Part shown: piece by piece, positions 25,856-40,123 of the stretch | How the letters are laid out: each line of letters begins with the position of its first letter | Numbering within the stretch: the first letter of the stretch is position 1 | Assembly (NCBI GenBank): GCA_002269645.1 | Contig: NIVC01002563.1 | Coordinates: 3,341-67,340 of the forward strand | Direction: 5' to 3' | Source: Macrostomum lignano | Taxonomy: Eukaryota | DNA: 64,000 nucleotides | Notes under the pieces: generated by a model | The model's input: the letters and a program-made list of their open reading frames with translations, nothing else | What the model was told of the DNA's origin: nothing | Databases searched by the model: none | Made by a program: the position numbers and the translations under genes

Positions 25856-26077
25856 CCACTCTTGAATAACTGGCTCAAATAAAGAACTATCTTTTATTAC
25901 GGCCAAAGCATAGTCAGTTACACTTTTGTTATTCCATAGCATACTGTATAACGATATGTATGCTAAGTATAGTTTATTAAGTTATAAAGTGCGAGACAGT
26001 TTCGAGTACAAAGTACAAACCAAATGTACATTGAAAAGTTTCATGGAAATTATCAAATTAAAAAGCAACTGTCCGCG

Positions 26078-26310
26078 TCACACCTGAGACAGCGGCCTGT
26101 CGAAGTGAATCCGGTAAGAGTAGACCAGCTCGGCCTGCTCCGCAGTGCTGCTGAACAGGGACTCATTAACGATTCGGAGCACGCCAAAGATGGCTAGAAA
26201 CTGCAGTGCCAGCAGCAAGCCCACGTTCAGGCCCAGCTCCAGGTAGAGAAACAGCTCGCTTGGCAAAAATGCTAGCATTGTTGTGCGCTGTTGCAGTGGC
26301 GCTTTGTGCC
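26078..26310 (-). CDS. Possible terminal exon with a hydrophobic segment, unassigned
   Basis: GC-rich open frame ...TTMLAFLPSELFLYLELGLNVGLLLALQFLAIFGVLRIVNE...* inside AT-rich flanks; no family recognised. Confidence 0.3.
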
Positions 26311-26529
26311 TTGATTTTGAGCAAAAGCATTAGTTAAATGGGGGAGATAAATTAGTTCAGATAATAGTTAAATGGGGGAATTAAATATAGTCTATGGCGC
26401 AATTGTTCTTTTTGCTTTTACTGCTTGACCAGCGAGCGAGACTGACGGCTTTGCGTTCCAAATTCCTGCACCAAACACCAATCCTCTTCATCAGTCTGTC
26501 CGTTTACGGTCAGGTGCCATAACCACTGG

Positions 26530-27232
26530 GCTACTCTACCCCCTTTCTCCATCCCCGTTTTCTCTCTACCCCCTTTCTCCATCCCCGTTTTCTCTCTACC
26601 CCCTTTCTCCATCCCTGTTTTCTCTCTACCCCCTTTCTCCATCCCCGTTTTCTCTCTACCCCCTTTCTCCATCCCCGTTTTCTCTCTACCCCCTTTCTCC
26701 ATCCCCGTTTTCTCTCTACCCCCTTTCTCCATCCCCGTTTTCTCTCTGCCCCCTTTCTCCATCCCCGTTTTCTCTCTGCCCCCTTTCTCCATCCCCGTTT
26801 TCTCTCTACCCCCTTTCTCCATCCCCGTTTTCTCTCTGCCCCCTTTCTCCATCCCCGTTTTCTCTCTACCCCCTTTCTCCATCCCCGTTTTCTCTCTGCC
26901 CCCTTTCTCCATCCCCGTTTTCTCTCTGCCCCCTTTCTCCATCCCCGTTTTCTCTCTACCCCCTTTCTCCATCCCCGTTTTCTCTCTACCCCCTTTCTCC
27001 ATCCCCGTTTTCTCTCTACCCCCTTTCTCCATCCCCGTTTTCTCTCTACCCCCTTTCTCCATCCCCGTTTTCTCTCTGCCCCCTTTCTCCATCCCCGTTT
27101 TCTCTCTACCCCCTTTCTCCATCCCCGTTTTCTCTCTGCCCCCTTTCTCCATCCCCGTTTTCTCTTTACCCCCTTTCTCCATCCCCGTTTTCTCTCTACC
27201 CTCTTTCTCCATCCCCGTTTTCTCTCCCCCTC
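26530..27232. repeat. 30-bp minisatellite (ATCCCCGTTTTCTCTCTACCCCCTTTCTCC), about 23 copies
   Basis: Direct reading; starts about 30 bp past the Kelch A stop. Confidence 0.95.
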
Positions 27233-27261
27233 TCTGTCCCCGTTTAAACTCGATTAGAGCA

Positions 27262-30493
<3,232 letters not shown>

Positions 30494-32507
30494 ACTCTGG
30501 ATAGCTGGCTCTACTGTAGTGCCTTTCTTATAAATATGAATAGATTCGCTTAGCACGCAGGTCACGTGCAGATGGTGTTACCTTCTTAGTGTCAAGTCTG
30601 CTTGTGATTTTTGCATAGACTTCTTTACGAACTCGTCTCGTATATCTGGCTAAGAACCTCTGCTTGGGCCACAGACTTTTTGCGCTCTCAAAAAGTTTGG
30701 GAAGTGAGATGAGAAAGCGTTGGGACCATGGAGGAAAGATATTCTTTCCTCCATGGTTGGGACCAGCCTACGAAGCGGAAAGTCAGTCCCAGAAATGTTG
30801 GTACTTCGGATAAAGTCAAATTGCGGTGAATAGCGTCGCTTCAATTGAGCAATAAAGAGCAATGTGGCAATCCAATCCAATTGTAAAACTACTCGTAAAC
30901 GGTTTAGCTACAAGATTGGCCAAATATCGACTATTGAACCCCTCATCAAGGTTTTTTTGCAAGGTTGTGATGCGTTTCGGTCGACTCAGACGAGTTTTAT
31001 ATACAAACTCTTTTATTTACTCCAATTACATCGAATAACAAAAATGGTATGAGTCAACCGAAACTCTTCAAAACTATGTGAATAACCCTATGTGAGCTGC
31101 CACACTTCGGAAGAAGTCATTCATTTGTTGGACGCATTATTAAGTGCACATGACATAAGCGGCATAAGTCAACTGTACCTGAAATGGGTACGTCAAGCTT
31201 GCTTGGCGGCAGGGTGTGCCAGGCTGACATTCGGTCTACAGCCGTTCATCAGCCGCAGGGCTTCGGACTAGAGAGTAAAACAGCGGCTGCTGAAGCTTCT
31301 GGCCCATCGCTGTTGCCCGAGGATGATAGCGCCAGCGCTGTCGAGGTTCTGGATTGGCGTCGGTTGTCCTGTCATGAGAAGTGCACACCTGCTCTGTTGC
31401 GCGTGCATCAGTGCATCGGCGCTTTCTGGTTGCAGTCTTCTGTGTGCGCTTCTGTCTCAGCAAGGATCACTTTAGTATAGCATGACGTTGCATTCAAAGA
31501 TCGTGTAATTTTTTTAGGAAGCCAAGTTTCTCGAAAAAAAAATTTTTTTTATATATTTTTTCTACACAAAATCAATAATTTCATTTGATACGAGTTAGTG
31601 AAGATTACCATTCCTTTAGTTAAGGATGCACAACATGTTACTCTGTTGTATTTTATATAGCTGTGTAGTGAAAGTTTCATTTTCATTTTTTAAGACCAAG
31701 CCAAACTTGTTTTTTTTCGTTTTTGAATCACTTGAGTATGTATTCAATATATTTGTAATAAAATTGTTCGATGAAGATAAATCTTAGCGTTAAGCTAGGC
31801 CTCTAGCTTAAGAGTAATAGCTTTCTAAAGACAACAATATAAAAAATGATATCGTTAAACATTGTCTGCTGTAGTGCATGCTGCACTCAGGGATTACTAA
31901 ATACTCACGGACGGTAAACGATATCGAATGATACAAAAAAGTTTTGAGTCCAATTTTTTAAATTCCCGTGCTGGTGGAGTTTTAACTCTAAGAAAGTCAA
32001 ATTTTCAGCTCCTACGTAAAATTTATCCCGCGAACGGCAATAAACATTCTACAAGCGCGTGTCCGCAAGCTTGTGTGCCTTCTCAAGGGAGTCGGCGGAA
32101 TGGGCAGTAATGCCTCTTGCCGGTTGTGTGACAATGTCGCTTCATTTGTGCCAGAGCGCAGACAATCCTGCGTCTAATAAAAAGATCTGTTTTGATTCTG
32201 ATAGCTGTTAGGCTGGGGCAAAATTAGGAGAAGGGTGGCAAAGAACAGGGGGAGAAACGGAGAGACTCCCGACAGGGACCCGTTTTCAATCAGCCAGCAA
32301 GCCGAGACGTTCCTTTGTGATCGAATGTATTGGCCTGGCCCGTACTGTACTTTAGCTGCCCCAATGATGCTTTATCTGCTCTCGCGCTGATTGGCTGCTC
32401 GGTTTCCAGCTCTGTCTTTCTCTCTCTCTCTCTCTCTCTGTGACCTTCCCCACCTGTTCCACATTCGTAACTTATTTTTTGCTCTTGCTGACCGTACACC
32501 ATTTAAC

Positions 32508-32580
32508 TCTCTACCCCCTGACCGTACACCATTTAACTCTCTACCCCCTGACCGTACACCATTTAACTCTCTACCCCCGA
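32508..32580. repeat. Short 30-bp tandem triplication (CTGACCGTACACCATTTAACTCTCTACCCC)
   Basis: Three near-identical copies. Confidence 0.8.
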
Positions 32581-33488
32581 GTTGTACAATGCATCTCCCT
32601 CACCCTGCAGCCAATCAGCTTGCACGCTTTTTATTCTTCAGGCGCAACTCCACCCCACACAAATATCGATTTCTTATACCTCTAAAGCCACTCTTACATC
32701 TGGCTCCTGGGATTTTCTCATCCCCTCAAGATACTAATGTCCTTACTCGCTGTGCCCTCCTATTGGCTGTCCATTCGTCGCCTTTCACCCCAGGTTTTTC
32801 TAACCCCATTGTTTTAGCATGGCTGTGCAGCCAGTCCTCTCTCTCCCTCTGCCCCCTACCCAGTTAGGGCATTGTCACGAGGACGCGTGTGTATTTTCTG
32901 CGACCCTGGTTGCCGGTTTACTGTAGCAGTTCATCTTCAAGCAAAATCAAGCTTTCACATAAATTTCTATCAGTTTGAAGTGTGACGTCCGTTTTTTAAA
33001 CAATTTATTGCTGTGTCTATCGACCTAAAGGACTACATTATAGTGATTGAAAAAACGGTTTACAAGCTGAGAGACTGTTTGAATAAACAAAAAATATTGG
33101 TCAATGAAATCTGTTACAAGTGTGCGAAGCATGTTTTACTGTATTTGATACGCAATTTGCTTTCACCCAGGAGCAATTGCGTTTTCACCATTGCTCGGCA
33201 GTTGCCCCCCATTCTACAGTTATTCCATGTAAAAATTTCATCATGCGACTGCTTTCCCACCTTCATTATCTATTTATCCATCCTTAACTTTGCATTAGCA
33301 TGAACTAAGTGTGGAGTAATGAATGACGTCTGTGCTGGGGCAAAAATGCATACTCTGCTCTCTTCGACCATTATTTAAACTCAGCTAAGCTGCTAAGCAA
33401 TCTACGATTGCGTCAAGCACAGGGGTCGCAAAATTAATTTTATGTTGGTCTTTCGAGCTCGATGGGGCCAAACTCGGAGACGAGTGAA

Positions 33489-35695
33489 CTAATGATTCAA
33501 AAGGGGCTCGATATAGTCGCACCCAGAGATAGTGCAGCAGCCTAGGAAGCAGAGATCACTGACAAACGTACCTGGACTCGTACAACTGGCAGGTTTACAC
33601 AAAGTCCAGGATTCTTGGCTGGGATTCCAGCGTTGAACAGACAATTGCGCTTCTTTTTGACTCAGTCCTCCAAAAGTCTCAGCTTTACCACCAAACACGT
33701 ATATATAATCATTCAACACTGTTGCGCTATGATACATGCGCTTGCCGAGCAGTGGAGCCGTCTTAGACCAACTCTGCTCCTCTGCGTTGTAGCAATACAC
33801 CTCTTTAGTTCCGATCGATTTTCGATGCTTCCCTCCCCCGATTGCGTATAGACAGTTGTCAAATGCCACGAGCTGAAAATAAACATTGGAAATAGTATGA
33901 CATTTATTGCACGATATGTTTTTAAGTGAATGTTTTCGGGCAAACAAACAAATGTTGTTGTTTTTTCAGCTTAAATTTACGAACTACAGCAGTTTTTTGT
34001 GGGCATTAACATGCAATCAACATGTACAGGTAGAGGTACATGTAGGCGCGTTCATCATTCTTTCATATTTTCGACTCCAATAGTTTTGTACTACAAGCTT
34101 TCAAGTAGCTACATTGCGTTTCTCTGCTCTCCCCCGGCTTATGTCGTCTGATTTTAACAGTTCAATGCTTAAAACAACAATTTAGCCAATTAAATGACAT
34201 GATACTATTGGCATTAGCAACTAGAACTCACAGCAAATCCAACAAGTTCGACTGGCAGAGTTGCAGTCAGCAGAGTCCACTGGTCATTCTGACAGTCGTA
34301 TCGCTCCATGGATGAGTGCCAGGCTCCCATGCACACATAAACCATGCCGTTTAGACTGGCAGCGCTGGCTCCAACCCGAGTTACCAACATATTCTGCCGC
34401 GGCCGCCAGAGGCCAGTAGCTGGGTTATACTGCTCAACAATGCCTAGGGACGAGCATCTGAACTTAAAGAACTTACTGAATTCCTTAGTGCCGCCCATCA
34501 CGTAGATCAAGCCGTCGCACACACAGCCGCAGGCTTGGGTACGGGAATTTGATAGCGGGGTGCCCGGACGCCAGATGCGAAGTCGCAAATCAAAAATGTG
34601 AACTTCTCGGGACGTTTTAAAACAATCTTCGTCCTTACAAGTTACGCCACCAATAACATACACGAGGTTGTCTAGATGCAGACAGACAGCCTCTATGGTA
34701 CGGAAGTTGGTAGCCGGCGAGAAATTACTGTGAACAACCATCTCAGACAGTATCGGGTTAAACACTTGTACAATTTGTTCACGTGAAACAAAATTATATG
34801 GGACACTTCCACAGCAGAGGAACGCAGCTTGGCGAGGAAGCCGGCTCCGTTGCCTCTCTCTGCTGTCTGCAGTTCTGTCTTTCCCGAAGTACGTACTCAG
34901 TATGGACTCCCACTCTGCTGCTTTGGCCAGATGGTGAGCGGACATCTCCTGCAGCTGAGCGTCAGTTATCATGAAGTGTCTCATTCGGCGAACCAGGTCA
35001 CAGAAGTACTTGCTACGGTCGAGCTGCTCCGTCTCGATCCACCGGCAAATGACATCGAAGATGACGATCTCGGCTGGCACGTTCAGGTACTTGCTGTCAA
35101 TCAGCTCGCACAGCTGTTCACCCGAGCACAGCTTAACAAACTGCGGCTGTTCGGTTGCAGCGACAAAGTGCTCCAGAATGAAATCCTTAGCGAAATCGTA
35201 CAAAAGCTTGCAGGTGCACTCAGGATCAACAGCTGTAGTCATCACCATCCAGCAGTTATAGGGACTGAGCTTCTTGATCGCAGTGCTCACGATTGCGTCA
35301 ATCAGGAAGGGTATCTCGAAGTGCTTCGCCAAGCTGAGTCGTCTCTTGAGTAGGTCGGCGTCCTGCATAAGATTCCCAAGGAACTGCTCATTCATTCTGT
35401 CATCAGCAGCATCAGTTTCTGTTGGCACGCGCTCGCTGTCTCGGTGCTCATCTATGTAGTGAAGGTAGGCCATCAGGTTTCTGAATTCCAGCGGGTCGGA
35501 ATAGGTCACGGCAGTCATGGCAGGCTGGGCAGCGCGTATTGCAGAGGCGAACAGCTTGTAGAAATAGCGAGAGTAGCGAGCCAGGACTTTTCTGTTTACT
35601 CTGAAAGCCTTCTGCGAGTTCAACACGATGGTCCAATCGGCCGAGAAGAAGTCCGTATCGAGCCACACGTGCATTGGAAGCGTGACGAACTCCAT
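33489..35695 (-). CDS. Kelch gene B: KLHL10-like BTB-BACK-6xKelch protein; exons 35695-34232 and 33872-33489
   Basis: Paralogue of A. Phase-0 intron GCT|GTGAGT (34231) ... TTTTCAG|CTC (33873) at the same codon position as in A; ends CCTISGCDYIEPLLNH*. Confidence 0.9.
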
Positions 35696-35860
35696 ACTCC
35701 GCTTAGTTTACGCTCGTAGTAGTGAGAATGGACTCGAATTTTCGTTCGGTTAGTCAATTTAGACTTATTCGAATTGTCTGTAACCTAAGAATGCTAATGT
35801 ACTGAGCGACCTCACTGCTCTTTATCTTATGTGAGTGCCTTTTCAACTTCGTGCCTAAAC

Positions 35861-37475
35861 CAAGGACAACTTAATAACTCAGGACCGGAAACGAGCCAAT
35901 TCATGGCGAAAAAAGTATGAGGCTCGTTTAAAAGCATTGTTCTATGGCCCATCCGTATGCGCATGCTTTCAGTTGCCAGTGTATACTCGTATGATATTTT
36001 AATTTTTGATAGGCAGTCAGAAGGCGGGTGCAGGGTCGGTTTTCTTAAATGTTGAATATTTTTATTACATAAACGTCGTGAAAATACACAATGGGAAAGC
36101 TGTACATGCAGTATATGTATAAGGAAACTCGAGAAAAATTTACGATACTTCTTCATCTGAACTACAAATAGAGAGGAAAATAACAGTCACAGAACGGGAC
36201 AAGAGCTGACTATGGTAAATAGTGAAGTGTTTGCTCCAGGCTCGCTCACTGTCCACTCAGCTTCAGTATTTTTCTATCGTGCACTTTATCCGACGAAGGA
36301 GCGCTCTTTGCTCCTCGTTGAACATAACCCTTGAAGAAACAGTTGGTGAGGCGCACGCAGCATCCCAGAACATCTGCTTCAGGGAAGTAAAACTCGCTAA
36401 CGGCAGCAAACAATTCGACTTTCGACCTCACTTTCGACGTCCACTGTAGAGTTTTTACAACGATTTATGATAGCTTCAAGTTGCGACCAATACTTTAATG
36501 TTGGTTGAAATCCAAGCAGATCTCGAACCGCAACTGGTGAGTGTAACCGAAAGCATCGCACGGAATAGTTTGGTGAAACGAAAACTCGCAGAACCATTTC
36601 GGCATTGGCGCTTAACGAGAAGATAAACACCTCCTCTTGAACAATGGTAACAATAAGCTGATGTGCTTTGATGACGTCTGAACAGTGAATGGATGCTCGG
36701 AATTCAGTCCACGATGGCAGCGTGTCACGCTCTCGAAATTCTACTAGTTCATCTTGGAAAAGGCATCGTTCGGACAACAGCACGCCCCTTCCCTCAGCCT
36801 GTCGACTGGCACGCACTGCAATATCCAAGCACGCATCTTAGTGTTTCGTTTCGACCCTATTTGATGAAGTGCAAAATACGCTCGAATATTTGAATTAAAG
36901 CAGTAGAAAACCTTCACAAACCTTGTGTTTGAACGAGGCAGGACTGCGGGACTCCGTCGAAAACTGATGGTGGATGTAGCGGCCTTTCATTTCTTCCCTT
37001 TTTTATCATTGGTGCATCTTGAGGCCAGTGCTTAGCACACACGCCCATGTAGTCTGTCACGGTCTAAACAACAACAAAATTGTTAATGAATTCATGTGGC
37101 CAGGCTAAATCTGATTCACAAAGCACATTTGAAGAAAGTCTTACCGTCAGTTGATTAGGCAGTGACAGCCGCCAAGCCTCTCGTTCAGTTGCATCCTTAG
37201 GAAACGAAAATACTGCAACATTCCGATCACGGTTACTATTGTAGTTTGCACAACAGAAAATGACGCTGCATTTTCTCGGCATGATATTTAGTTTCAGCAA
37301 GAATAAAAGTTCTCTCTCTCAATTGCAAGTGCATGCGAAGAATTCAATTTTCAGCTCAGATCTCTTCGCTTTCGTAGCTTTGGATGGGCCACAGAACAAT
37401 GCTTTTAAACGAGCCTCATACTTTTTTTGCCATGAATTGGCTCGTTTCCGGTCCTGAGTTATCAAGTTGTCCTTG
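35861..37475 (-). mobile_element. Non-autonomous P-superfamily (THAP) DNA transposon, 1615 bp
   Basis: 94-bp TIRs at 35861-35954 and 37382-37475 (start CAAGGACAAC, 3 mismatches). 8-bp TSD GCCTAAAC at 35853-35860 and 37476-37483. Internal THAP domain. Confidence 0.9.
36397..37282 (-). pseudogene. Truncated THAP-transposase N-terminus; exons 37282-37145, 37063-36922, then ~36850-36400
   Basis: MPRKCSVIFC...FSFPKD...W...LT|TVTDYMGVCAKHW...PPSVF gives a complete C2CH THAP after removing an 81-bp GTAAGA...TTTAG intron. A second donor follows at 36921. No catalytic RNase H-like domain inside the TIRs. Confidence 0.8.
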
Positions 37476-38289
37476 GCCTAAACCATATTTGAAGGAATAT
37501 TAACCTATTTTGTCTAACTCATGGAATTCATTGAAGGTTAATTATGTAATTTTTTTAACTTCTTAGTCTTTGGTAAAATACAATTTTAAAGCAGCGACTT
37601 CTGCGATATAAATATCCAGTCCCTTCTTTCTATGGTAAATGTATATCGCAGAAGTCCCTGATAAAACCAATGAATCGAGCTTCTCCATTTCTATGATTTT
37701 TCGGCACAGGAAATGTACGATTGTACGTCAGATATAAAATTAACATGGAATTTTAATTTTATCAGCAAAAGGCTCTTTTACTATGAATATAGCTATAAGA
37801 AAGCGGAAAAATGAAATCCTTTATTCCCCGTAATGTATTTTTCGAAAACATCTGCCTCAAAATTTTTCCAACTTTCTACTTGAGTAGTCCTTGCCAAGAT
37901 GTGTCCATTAGTTTAACGGCCGATGAGGCAGTTGGGTCAGTTTGCTCTGATGTAGGTTCTCCATTCGTTTAGTGTGTAGAGCCGATGCCTTTTACTTGCA
38001 TTTTCACTTGGCGCTGACATGAAAAACGGATTGAGCATTCTTTCTGCCCAGTCTTTAACAAGAATTGAACGCATTTCCTCGCACCAAACCCTCGCCTCTC
38101 GGAAGGCCCTGCAGCTAAGTCAAATAAGTCAGGAGCCTTTTCTTCAAAATATGAACATAAAAAGAACAAATCAATTAGTTTTTTTCGACGAATGAACTGA
38201 CGTAGAGTCCAAAGACAAAGTCTCTACCAACGTTGTTCCACGCGGTGACTATCCTGATCTAAAGTACTGCGTTATACACGTGGACGCTG

Positions 38290-38820
38290 ACAACCGTTTA
38301 GGCGCCTCCGACAAGGCGCCTCTAAGGTGGATCCCCGGGCACTCGGGCCACCCCGGCAACGAGTTGGCAGATCGTCTGGCCAAAACTGACTCGACCGGTT
38401 TTTTTACTGGTCCCCTGCCCGTGGCCCCCACCTCCACCGCCGTTGTCACCACTCGGATCAACCAGTGGGTGCCATCAAAGCACAGGGAGAGGTGGGCTAA
38501 CGCCCTTGACTGTCGGCAATCTCTCGCGGCTGTCCACTCTCCTCCCGCTCTGCGCAGGGCCCTGCTTGGACTCAACCGCAGGGACATCAGGGCGGTGACC
38601 ATGGCCCTCTCGGGTCATGGCTGTTTTTGCCAGGCATCGTCACCTCCAGGGAAAATCCGTCGCGAGGAATGCCCATTCTGCATCTACGGTGTCGAGAATG
38701 CGGAGGACTTCATCTGTGAATGCCCCGCCTTTACTCAGGACAGGCTCACCTACCTCGGCCCAAACCCGGACCTCTCCGACGTTTTCAGGCCCGAGAATCT
38801 CTGCCGGCTCGTCCGCTATC
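38290..38820 (+). mobile_element. 5'-truncated non-LTR retrotransposon 3' fragment (RNase H end plus C-terminal CCHC-like knuckle; I/R1/Loa-type)
   Basis: [19 protein letters not shown]; LSGHG; CPFC...[10 protein letters not shown]...R...LG. Confidence 0.8.
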
Positions 38821-39094
38821 ATCCACCTCCTGGACTCCTTGGAGGGGAACCGCGATGTGGACACCGGCACCACCAGATCTCCCTGCGCAACACCGCAGCA
38901 CCAGCTGTCCGTGGTCGCCAGGGGTTAGTGGAATGGGCGGCGACGCCTCCCCGCTGCATCCGGATGCCCGGAACCCCTGTAGCTGAGTAAAATGAGTACG
39001 CTGACGGACTCGCCCGAACAGCGAGTCACCAAAGTCGCGGCGAAAATCGAGTCACCAAAGTCGCGGCGAAAATCGAGTCGCCCATGTGGCATCT

Positions 39095-39215
39095 TTTTGC
39101 AGCGCCGGCCTGGTCCGTCCAAACGACCTGTTTTATGTCAGCGACTCCAGCTGGCGGGCCACATCATCCGCACTGAGTCGTAATGCCCACAGCTGGTGCA
39201 GGTGTAGGAGGTGCT
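39095..39215 (+). mobile_element. Degenerate RTE-like LINE ORF2 C-terminal fragment
   Basis: AGLVRP.DL / QRLQLAGHIIRTES*CPQLVQ.EVLLL; homologous by eye to 44060-44330 on the minus strand. Confidence 0.55.
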
Positions 39216-39270
39216 GCTGCTGCTGTTGTTGTTGTTGTTGTTGTTGTTTTTGTTGTTGTTGTTGTTTTTG
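39213..39270. repeat. (GCT)/(GTT)n microsatellite
   Basis: Direct reading. Confidence 0.9.
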
Positions 39271-40123
39271 ATACGACCCAAAGCGCGAATTAGCTTTTCC
39301 ACGGTGGGTGTTTCTTCAACCATTCCCAATTTTTTTGGCCTTACATGGTCAAGCGCTGAGGTCGCTCAGTTTTATGAGGCCCCACGACCTTCTTCTCAAC
39401 TCCGTGTCCGCGTAGTCCAGCAGGTGCTCAATCGTCTCATCCTCCTCTCCGCACATCCAGCGGAGAGCCAGCTCGAGTGAGTGCCCCGTTCTGCCCCTTC
39501 TGAAGCTGGCTTTCTCCACCCGGCTATCGAACTCGGGTCCCGGCTTCCATGCTTGGTGCTACCAGATGTCTTCTGCTGCTGCTGTCATTACAGGTACCCA
39601 GTGTTTCATGCTGTTTCATTGTTGTTTTTTGATACAAAATAATCTTCAGTAGAACAAATATTTAATCAAATATTCCTGACTTAACAAAACAGCTCTGTAG
39701 CATGGCGGACTTGTAGCGATGGTTTCGTTGTCTTTGTGATTTTCTCAAAATATTTTTACAACAATTGCTTTTGCAGGAACGGTAACTACGCATGGGAACT
39801 ACAAATGTGACTAAGCAGTATTAATTTATTTAACGGTGTTAACTTATTCAATTTATTCAATATGTTTTCTAGAAAATGTCCCTATTAAAAAGCAGTACAC
39901 AAGGCATTCTTTAAATCAGAAAATCTCATAAGGTTATAAACTGCCCTCTACGCACTTTACAACCACTACCTACGAAATTTACTCTCTACACTCCTTTATC
40001 CTATTTCAGACGTGTGCAATTTACACCCAAAAAATTCAAGCATTTAAACTTCTCGGCGTACGTACATCTTTCATTACATGATACACAGTGGTACACCTCA
40101 GTCAGACTAATACTTCAGGCCCG

